A DNA stretch of 64,000 bases from Candidatus Moraniibacteriota bacterium (lineage in GTDB: Bacteria > Patescibacteriota > Minisyncoccia > Moranbacterales > GWC2-37-73), in contig DAOOTD010000002.1 of assembly GCA_035390125.1 (NCBI GenBank), positions 105,908 through 169,907 on the forward strand. Reading direction: 5' to 3'. Positions 56,979-64,000 of this stretch are shown in pieces. Both the position numbers and the translations under genes were made by a program. Every line of letters starts with the position of its first letter. The first letter of the stretch is position 1. Below the pieces are notes generated by a model. It did no database searches. It worked only from the letters and a program-made list of their open reading frames with translations, and had not been told where the DNA came from.

Positions 56979-57635
56979 ATGCAAAACATAAATCCTTTTA
57001 TAAGCTACCTTGTTAATCAAGGGGTGCCTCTTGATACTGTCATCTTATTATTAATGCTGCCTATCGTTGTCACTCTCATAGCTTTTTTTCGTCAAGTTAT
57101 TGGTATTAAGGCATTTGGAATTTATACGCCAGCTATTATAACATTTGCTTTTTTAGCTATGCCACAACTCAGGTATGGCCTCGTAATTTTCATAAGTGTT
57201 ATCTTAATGGGTATGCTTATGCGCTTCATGCTTAAAAAACTGCGTATATTATATCTGCCAAGAGTTGCCATAATGCTTAGCATAATTGCTGTTGCAATTT
57301 TGATAATGCTTGGTTTTGGAGGCTCTATGCACAGAACAGGCTTAGCTTCTGTTTCAATTTTTCCTATATTGATAATGATTACAATTGTAGAAAAATTTGT
57401 TGCTACCCAAATAGAAAAAGGAAATAAAGTCGCCTTAATTCTTGCTGCAGAAACTTTAATAATTTCAATAGCCGGTTACTATTTAGCAAGCTGGCCATTT
57501 CTTATAAAAAGCATAGTAGCATTTCCGTGGTTAGTTCTTTTTACGATACCGGTCAATATATTACTTGGCAAATGGAATGGTTTAAGAATAAGCGAGTATA
57601 TAAGATTTAGAGAAGTTTTAAAAAACATAAAGTAG
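56979..57635 (+). CDS. Seven-TM membrane protein (partner of alpha-L-glutamate-ligase-like ATP-grasp)
   Basis: 218 aa with about 6-7 hydrophobic helices; stop 4 nt before the start of the ATP-grasp gene. Confidence 0.5.
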   Translation: MQNINPFISYLVNQGVPLDTVILLLMLPIVVTLIAFFRQVIGIKAFGIYTPAIITFAFLAMPQLRYGLVIFISVILMGMLMRFMLKKLRILYLPRVAIMLSIIAVAILIMLGFGGSMHRTGLASVSIFPILIMITIVEKFVATQIEKGNKVALILAAETLIISIAGYYLASWPFLIKSIVAFPWLVLFTIPVNILLGKWNGLRISEYIRFREVLKNIK

Positions 57636-57639
57636 AAAA

Positions 57640-59049
57640 ATGTTTGATTATATAAAAAATGCACATAAGTTGCTTGGCATGAATGCTCGCAATCTTGAAT
57701 ATATACGTCAATATAATCGCAAAAATGCGAAACGCCTTGCTGATGATAAAATCATGAGCAAGCGTATATTAAAAAAAGCAGGTATTCCCGTGCCAGAACT
57801 TATTGCTAAAATTAAATCAGTTGAGGAATTGGATGATTTTAACTGGGATCAATTGCCAAACTCTTTTGTTTTGAAGCCCAGCCGAGGTTTTGGTGGCGGT
57901 GGAATTTTAATTGTGTATGGAAAAAAGAAAAATAAAAGTGACATTTGGATTAAAGCTGATGGGTCTACAATCACAGTTGAAGATATTAAAAGCCATGTAC
58001 TGAACATATTAGATGGATCATTTTCACTTTCTAATCTTCCTGATGTTGCATTTTTTGAAGAAAGGCTTGCACTTCTTAAACTCTTTAAGCCCTATGCCTA
58101 CAAAGGAGTTCCTGATATTCGTGTAATTGTTTTTAACAGTATTCCTGTAATGGCAATGCTTCGTCTTCCAACCAAAGAATCAAAAGGAAAAGCTAATCTG
58201 CAACAAGGTGGAATAGGAATAGGAATAGACCTGGCATCAGGTATAACAACTACAGCAGTTTTGGGAAAAGGTAAAATTATTGACTATGTTCCAGGAACCA
58301 GACTCCTGCTTTCAGGTATAAAAATTCCTTATTGGAAAGAAATTTTGCTTTTAGCTGTCAAGGCACAGGAAATTTCTGGCATGGGATATTTAGGTGCTGA
58401 TATTGCCATTGATAGAGAAAGAGGACCAGTTTTCTTAGAGATAAATGCACGTCCAGGGCTTTCCATACAGATTGCAAATTTATCAGGATTAAGAGAGCGG
58501 CTGGAAAGAGTAAAAGGAATTAAAATCAAGTCAGCTGAAAGAGGAGTTCGTGTAGGAAGAGACCTATTTGGAGGGGAAGTCGAAGAGGAGTTGGAGGACA
58601 TTTCTGGGAGAAAAGTTATCGGTACTATAGAAAAAATAAAAATTATTTATAAAGACGGAAAAGAAATTGAAGTTGATGCCAAAATAGATACTGGAGCTAA
58701 TTCAACATCTATAGATTATGAGCTAGCAAAAGAAATTGGTTTTGGCGAAACAGTTGATGAATTTTCTAAAATAGATTTATCACAATATCAAATACTTCCA
58801 GAGAATGAATCTGAAATCAAGAAAGATATCCTAGCAAAATATAAAGAAAAAATTACAAGTCTGGAAGATGTCGCAGTTATTTTTTCTTCTAGCGGCTCAT
58901 CAATAAGACCGGTTATTAAAGTAAGTTTTATTATGGATGATATAGAAATAACATCAAAAGCAAATTTAGTAAAAAGAGAAAATCTTAAGTGTCCTGTCAT
59001 TATTGGAAAAAGAGATCTGAAGAAATTTCTAATAGATGTGAATAAATAA
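57640..59049 (+). CDS. RimK-type ATP-grasp amidoligase (alpha-L-glutamate-ligase-like) fused to C-terminal retropepsin-like aspartic peptidase domain
   Basis: 469 aa; N-terminal …MNARNLEYIRQYNRKNAKRLADDKIMSKRIL…FVLKPSRGFGGGGI… ATP-grasp. C-terminal …KIDTGANSTSID… (DTG) and a second …IIGKRDLKKF… flap-like segment of the 'putative ATP-dependent zinc protease'/retropepsin fold. Confidence 0.6.
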   Translation: MFDYIKNAHKLLGMNARNLEYIRQYNRKNAKRLADDKIMSKRILKKAGIPVPELIAKIKSVEELDDFNWDQLPNSFVLKPSRGFGGGGILIVYGKKKNKSDIWIKADGSTITVEDIKSHVLNILDGSFSLSNLPDVAFFEERLALLKLFKPYAYKGVPDIRVIVFNSIPVMAMLRLPTKESKGKANLQQGGIGIGIDLASGITTTAVLGKGKIIDYVPGTRLLLSGIKIPYWKEILLLAVKAQEISGMGYLGADIAIDRERGPVFLEINARPGLSIQIANLSGLRERLERVKGIKIKSAERGVRVGRDLFGGEVEEELEDISGRKVIGTIEKIKIIYKDGKEIEVDAKIDTGANSTSIDYELAKEIGFGETVDEFSKIDLSQYQILPENESEIKKDILAKYKEKITSLEDVAVIFSSSGSSIRPVIKVSFIMDDIEITSKANLVKRENLKCPVIIGKRDLKKFLIDVNK

Positions 59050-59054
59050 ATTAT

Positions 59055-60020
59055 ATGAAAAATAAAAAAATAAAAAATGTAGTAGTTATATATTGGGGAA
59101 ATGATTGGAATTGCAAGATACCTATTTCAAATGAAATTACCCGGCATTCATTTGAAAAATGGCATGAAATGGGCATTAAAAAAGGTATTGAGATGTATCG
59201 AGCTTCAATCAATTGGTATGATTTGCGGAAGAATGTTTTTATAAAATCCTGGGCCTTTCGGAACAAAAAATGGATAAAAATTGAAAAAAACATAAGGCCA
59301 GATCTTGTATATGATAAGGTTGGAGGAAAGCGCGACTTTAAGTCTTTTGAAAAAAAATTGCACATAGCTAAGAATGTTAAAATGTTCAATAACCCATTGT
59401 TTAGAGTGATGGTCAACAGTAAACTTTCTCAGTATGCAATTTTTGGAGAGTTTATGCCAAAATCATTTGTGGCTATGGACAAAAGCGAACTTATTCAAAT
59501 GTTTTCTAAAATAAAATCAAAAAAAATAGTTATAAAACCACTTTATGGATCTGGCGGGCACGGAATTGTTATTGATGAAAAAGAAAAAGCAATAAATAAA
59601 AAATACCAGTACCCAGTGCTTGTGCAGGAATTTATTGTTAGCGAAAAAGGAATTCCCGGTTTTTCAAAAAAGAAAGAGATTTCGGACCTGCGTTTAGTTT
59701 TTATGAATCACAAATTAAGCTATGCTCTTTCACGTATTGCCAAAAAGGGTTCTTTATTCACGAATTTACATCAGGGTGCAAGTGGAACTCTTGTTCCTGT
59801 GAAATATATACCCAAAGAAGTAGTTAAAATTGCAGAGAAAATAATTAAAAAACTAAAAATTTTCCCTGAAGCGCAATATTCCTTGGATTTTATTTTTTCA
59901 AATTCAGGAAAGCCTTATTTTGTTGAAATGAATACTACACCTGGCATAGATCTTATAACGGTTTTAGGTGACGAAAAAATTAAGCGAAAAAGCTTCGAAG
60001 ATATAATTAATTTAGCCTAA
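59055..60020 (+). CDS. Second RimK-like ATP-grasp ligase
   Basis: 321 aa; …VIKPLYGSGGHGIVI…, …VLVQEFI…, …DLRLVFMNHKLSYALSRIAKKGSLFTNLHQGASG…, …YFVEMNTTPGID… follow the ATP-grasp motif order. Confidence 0.55.
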   Translation: MKNKKIKNVVVIYWGNDWNCKIPISNEITRHSFEKWHEMGIKKGIEMYRASINWYDLRKNVFIKSWAFRNKKWIKIEKNIRPDLVYDKVGGKRDFKSFEKKLHIAKNVKMFNNPLFRVMVNSKLSQYAIFGEFMPKSFVAMDKSELIQMFSKIKSKKIVIKPLYGSGGHGIVIDEKEKAINKKYQYPVLVQEFIVSEKGIPGFSKKKEISDLRLVFMNHKLSYALSRIAKKGSLFTNLHQGASGTLVPVKYIPKEVVKIAEKIIKKLKIFPEAQYSLDFIFSNSGKPYFVEMNTTPGIDLITVLGDEKIKRKSFEDIINLA

Positions 60021-61081
60021 TGAAAAAAAACAAGCTATCTGTAGCTATAGTTGCTCCATCTTTTTCGGAAATAGGTGGTCCGGAAGTGGCTACAAAAAAC
60101 ATGGCCCATGCTCTAAAAAAAAAAGGAGTCAATGTTGTACTTTTTGCTCCGAGTGATTGGAAGATCAATACTAAACATATAGCAACATTGGAAAAAAGCA
60201 TTTGCAACATGTCTTTATCAGAAAAAATTGGAAAGGTTGAAGAGCTGAGAATAAAAAGTCAGATGGAAATTATAAATCACCAGCAAAAATTTGACATTAT
60301 ACATCTTAATTCTCAAAAAGACGCTTATTTGGTTTCTAAACATATAAAAAAACCTTGTTTGCTGACATTTCATAATAAGATTACTGAACCTATTCTATCT
60401 CAGATAAAGAAAAACGGTGTTTACGCGGTTGCCTTGTCGTCTTCTCACGGAAATAATTTGCCTGTCGATGCGGTTATAGAAAACGGAATAGAAATAAAAA
60501 AAATAAAACCTTCTTTTAAAAAAGGAAAATACCTTATGACTGTTGGAAGGCTTACTGAACCAAAGGGTATAGATATAGCTATTAAAATAGCAAATAAAGC
60601 AAATAAAAAGCTTTTAATTTTCGGACGTGTTGGGAAGTCTTTGGATAGGAAAAGATATTTTAAGCATAAAATAAAACCTTTTTTAAATGATAGAATTGTA
60701 TTTATGGGTGAAGTTTCTCAGCTTGAAATTTTCAAACATTTAAGAAAAGCTGAGGCACTGCTTTTCCCTATCAGGAGAAACATAAAAGTTTGTCCTTTAA
60801 TTATAGCTGAATCGCTTGCTTGCGGAACGCCTATTATAGGAACACCCATAAACCCAACGCCGAAAATCCTTAATAATCCTAAAATTGCCTGCTTATCTAA
60901 AAATTTAAATGTTATGGTTAAAGCCGCTAAACTAGCCGGAAGATTTGATAGGAAAAAATGCAGAGAAGTTGCAGAAAATATTTTCGACAGTTCTATTATG
61001 GCTGAAAAATATATGTCCCTGTATAAAAAAATTATTAGCAAAAAAAGATTAAGGATAATAGGTGATTTTCTTGAAAAATAA
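60020..61081 (+). CDS. GT4-family (GT-B) glycosyltransferase
   Basis: 353 aa; …LIFGRVG…, E-x7-E-like …FPIRRNIKVCPLIIAESLACGTPIIG… C-terminal nucleotide-sugar-binding motif; start overlaps the previous stop (TAATGA). Confidence 0.6.
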   Translation: MKKNKLSVAIVAPSFSEIGGPEVATKNMAHALKKKGVNVVLFAPSDWKINTKHIATLEKSICNMSLSEKIGKVEELRIKSQMEIINHQQKFDIIHLNSQKDAYLVSKHIKKPCLLTFHNKITEPILSQIKKNGVYAVALSSSHGNNLPVDAVIENGIEIKKIKPSFKKGKYLMTVGRLTEPKGIDIAIKIANKANKKLLIFGRVGKSLDRKRYFKHKIKPFLNDRIVFMGEVSQLEIFKHLRKAEALLFPIRRNIKVCPLIIAESLACGTPIIGTPINPTPKILNNPKIACLSKNLNVMVKAAKLAGRFDRKKCREVAENIFDSSIMAEKYMSLYKKIISKKRLRIIGDFLEK

Positions 61082-61149
61082 GATGCTTTATGTATAATTA
61101 AGTTAATTCGAAAAGCACCTAAATAATAAAATTTTAATTTTTTATTAAA

Positions 61150-63684
61150 ATGATACCTATATTTATACCGAACAAATTTAAAAGTATTTCCTCCCAAAAA
61201 AGATGGAAACTTGCAGGGAAAATTGCCCTCTGTGTTTTTGGGGCAATATTGATTTTTATAGCAAGTATTTTTATATATTTTGCCAAAGACATACCTAGTA
61301 CGACCTCAGTAAAAACGCGTCCTGTTATCGAGTCTACAAAAATATATGATAAAACCGGAGAGCACTTGCTTTATGATATACACGGGGAAGAAAAACGCAC
61401 TATAATACCATTTGAACAAATTCCTGATACAGTAAAATATGCTGCAATTTCTCTCGAAGATCAAGATTTTTATTCTCATCACGGAATAAAAATTTCATCT
61501 ATTGTTCGTAGTGCCCTTAAAGACATTATTAAAGGAAGTGCTGCACAGGGCGGATCTACAATTACTCAACAATTCGTGAAGAAGGCTCTTCTTACAGATG
61601 AAAAGACATTAACTAGAAAAATTAAGGAGGTTATTTTATCCATAGAAATTGAAACTAAATATTCAAAGGATGAAATTTTAGGAATGTATCTAAACCAGAT
61701 TCCTTATGGTTCAAGTGCGTATGGAATTGAAGCAGCGGCTCAAACTTTTTTTAACAAATCAGCTCGAGAAATAAATTTACCGGAAGCTGCTCTTCTTGCT
61801 TCTTTGCCAAATGCGCCGACATATTATTCTCCCTTTGGCCTGCACGTTAATGAATTAAAGGCACGTCAGGAATTGACATTGCAAAAAATGGCTGACCAGG
61901 GCTATATAACAAAAGAGCAAGCTGATGAAGCTAAAGGTGTTGATATCCTTTCGGAAATAAGTCCCAAACAAGACAATATAGCAGCTCCTCATTTTGTTAT
62001 GTATGTTAAAGATTATCTAGTTAATAAATATGGAGAACAAGTTGTTGAACAAGGAGGTTTGAAAGTTTATACAACTTTAGATTGGGATATGCAGCAAGCG
62101 GCCGAATCAGCAATTGCTGAAGGAACCGCAAAAAATATTGGAAATAATGCTTATAACGCGGCATTAGTAGCTGAAGATCCGAAAACAGGGCAAATTTTAG
62201 CTATGGTTGGATCTAAAAACTATTTCGGAAAATCAGAACCACAGGGATGCGTTTCTGGAAAAAACTGTAAATTTGAGCCTCAAGATAATGTGTCAATTCG
62301 TAATCGACAACCAGGTTCATCATTTAAACCCTATGTTTATTTAACAGCCTTTACAAAAGGATACACTCCGGAAACCCTCCTTTATGATACAGAAACAAGT
62401 TTTACTGCCAGTGACTCTTCGCAGGAAGATTATAAGCCGAAAAATTATGATGGAAAATTTCATGGTTCATTGCAAATGAAAAATACGCTAGCTATGTCGC
62501 TTAACATTCCTGCTGTAAAAACTCTTTATCTTGCTGGGGTTAAAAATTCTATACAAATTGCTAAAAACTTAGGAATAACAGGGCTTAATCAGCCAGAACG
62601 GTATGGATTATCGCTAGTATTGGGTGGCGGAGAAGTAAAACTTATCGATCATGTTAATGCCTATGCCTCACTAGCTCGTGGTGGTGTTTATAAAAAGCAG
62701 ACGTTTATAACGCGTGTACATGATAAAAATGGAAAAATTTTGGAGGAATATAAATCATCGGATGGACAACGTATCGTAGAAGAAAAATATATAGGAATGC
62801 TTGATTATATAATGTCAACAAATGATTTGCGTGCCCCGGTTTTCGGTTCAAATAACCCCTTTAGGTTTGATAATCGTCCAGTAGCTGCAAAAACAGGAAC
62901 AACAAATGAATTCAGAGATGGCTGGGCAGTAGGCTATACTCCTTCAATTGCGGTTGGAGTTTGGGCTGGAAATAATGACAATTCACCAATGAAAATGGGA
63001 GCCGATGGTATTATAGTAGCAGCTCCAATATGGAGAAATTTTATGGATAAAGTTCTGGTAAATTATCCTATAGAGCAGTTCCCTAAATATGAAAAAGAAG
63101 ATGCTGGTAAAGATATTTTAAATGGTAAGATTAATGAACAAAAAGACGTTAAAGTTTGTGAAATTCCTGGAAAAGACGATGAATACTGTTTAGCAAGCGA
63201 TGCATGTCCCGAATCATATGTTAAAAAGAAAGATTTTTCTGATGCGCATACCATATTGTATTATGTCAAAAAAGATGATCCTCGCGGAGAATATCCTGAA
63301 AATCCAAAGGATGATCCTCAATTTAAAAATTGGGAAAAAGGAGTTAAAGATTGGCTTAAAAAGAATAGTAAAAACGAGAATGAACCAGCCCCAGAGGAAA
63401 AATGCACAGAAAATGATTTTGCAGAAATAGAGCCGGAAATCTCAATTTCTGTCAGTAGGGATGGGTATGAACTTTCAATTTCAGCAAAAATTGATTCTCC
63501 TTTTAATGTTGATGAGGTAAGGTTCCTAGTGGATGGAGACGAGATTGATTCTATGAAATCAAGTCCATATAAAACATCCTATGATGCTTCCGGTAAGTCG
63601 GGATCAACATTAGAAATAAAGGCTACGGTTAAGGATGAAAAAGGCAAGACAGATTCTGTTTCTAAAAACATATCAATTCCTTAA
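61150..63684 (+). CDS. Class A penicillin-binding protein (transglycosylase + transpeptidase), PBP1A-like
   Basis: 844 aa; N-terminal TM; GT51 motifs (EDQDFYSHHGI, GGSTITQQ); transpeptidase SSFKP (SxxK), SLN, KTGTT; long C-terminal extension. Confidence 0.85.
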   Translation: MIPIFIPNKFKSISSQKRWKLAGKIALCVFGAILIFIASIFIYFAKDIPSTTSVKTRPVIESTKIYDKTGEHLLYDIHGEEKRTIIPFEQIPDTVKYAAISLEDQDFYSHHGIKISSIVRSALKDIIKGSAAQGGSTITQQFVKKALLTDEKTLTRKIKEVILSIEIETKYSKDEILGMYLNQIPYGSSAYGIEAAAQTFFNKSAREINLPEAALLASLPNAPTYYSPFGLHVNELKARQELTLQKMADQGYITKEQADEAKGVDILSEISPKQDNIAAPHFVMYVKDYLVNKYGEQVVEQGGLKVYTTLDWDMQQAAESAIAEGTAKNIGNNAYNAALVAEDPKTGQILAMVGSKNYFGKSEPQGCVSGKNCKFEPQDNVSIRNRQPGSSFKPYVYLTAFTKGYTPETLLYDTETSFTASDSSQEDYKPKNYDGKFHGSLQMKNTLAMSLNIPAVKTLYLAGVKNSIQIAKNLGITGLNQPERYGLSLVLGGGEVKLIDHVNAYASLARGGVYKKQTFITRVHDKNGKILEEYKSSDGQRIVEEKYIGMLDYIMSTNDLRAPVFGSNNPFRFDNRPVAAKTGTTNEFRDGWAVGYTPSIAVGVWAGNNDNSPMKMGADGIIVAAPIWRNFMDKVLVNYPIEQFPKYEKEDAGKDILNGKINEQKDVKVCEIPGKDDEYCLASDACPESYVKKKDFSDAHTILYYVKKDDPRGEYPENPKDDPQFKNWEKGVKDWLKKNSKNENEPAPEEKCTENDFAEIEPEISISVSRDGYELSISAKIDSPFNVDEVRFLVDGDEIDSMKSSPYKTSYDASGKSGSTLEIKATVKDEKGKTDSVSKNISIP

Positions 63685-63699
63685 TTAGTAAATATTATT

Positions 63700-64000
63700 A
63701 TGATTTCTAAGATAAAAGGTACAATTGAATTTTTGCATGACAACTATGTTGTTGTAGATGTCAACGGCATTGGCTATAAAATTTTTGTGACATCACATAC
63801 CCTCGGTATTATTGCAGGGAAAAAAGAAGCAGATTTTTATACACACACCTATGTTCGCGAAGATGCCCTAGCTTTGTATGGTTTTCTTGATATGGAAGAA
63901 CTTGAAATGTTTGAACTTCTTATTTCCATTTCGGGGATCGGTCCGAAGGCAGCTATGGGAATATTAACAATCGCCGATCCAAAAACAATAAAAACAGCTG
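63700..64000 (+). CDS. ruvA: Holliday junction DNA helicase RuvA (5' part, runs off window)
   Basis: MISKIKGTIEFLHDNYVVVDVNGIGYKIFV… OB-fold N-terminus then helix-hairpin-helix (…ISISGIGPKAAMGIL…). Confidence 0.8.
   Translation, partial: MISKIKGTIEFLHDNYVVVDVNGIGYKIFVTSHTLGIIAGKKEADFYTHTYVREDALALYGFLDMEELEMFELLISISGIGPKAAMGILTIADPKTIKTA

Noticed and set aside
1-64000. Alternative genetic code (UGA or UAG recoding, as in some CPR lineages)
   Set aside because: All long, motif-bearing genes (infB, polA, hppA, pilB fusion, PBP) are uninterrupted under the standard code, so there is no evidence for stop-codon reassignment.

Overview
AT-rich, tightly packed bacterial chromosome segment. Gene content and the unusual pilin family suggest a small-genome, CPR/Patescibacteria-like monoderm organism; this is inference from gene content only. 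Long ORFs are intact under the standard code, so no stop-codon recoding is evident.

Housekeeping genes recognised from conserved motifs:
- nfo, infB-rbfA, comM, ksgA/rsmA, uvrD/pcrA, xerC/D, nusA
- membrane H+-pyrophosphatase, tig-clpP, gpmI, rny, hup, rpsT, holA, fpg
- polA, tsaE, ruvB, yebC-ruvC, a class A PBP and partial ruvA
- one tRNA-Ser(CGA) on the minus strand

Type IV secretion / conjugation-like apparatus in two modules:
- Module 1 (7.7-12.5 kb): two VirB2/TrbC-like pilin genes (one an internal tandem-domain fusion), a PrgI/VirB3-like small membrane protein, and a VirB4/TraC-family ATPase split into two ORFs.
- Module 2 (19.5-26.2 kb): a LysM-CHAP cell-wall hydrolase, a VirB6/TrbL-like polytopic membrane protein with a poly-proline tail, two unknown proteins, and a tandem array of four more pilin paralogs.
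- The modules are separated by comM, an RlpA-like protein, ksgA, uvrD and a tyrosine recombinase.
- No relaxase or VirD4 coupling protein is present in the window.

Other notable items:
- a 1027-aa protein made of two complete GspE/PilB-type secretion ATPase units fused in tandem
- a 7TM protein / ATP-grasp-retropepsin fusion / second RimK-like ATP-grasp / GT4 glycosyltransferase cluster
- a ~173-bp GC-rich element closed by a ~24-bp inverted repeat, in front of a strongly SD-led unknown gene
- a ~600-bp hairpin-rich non-coding region next to the tRNA
- a beta-barrel-like secreted protein
- a lamin-tail-domain repeat protein

All functional calls come from motifs I can read in the translations. 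No database search was run.
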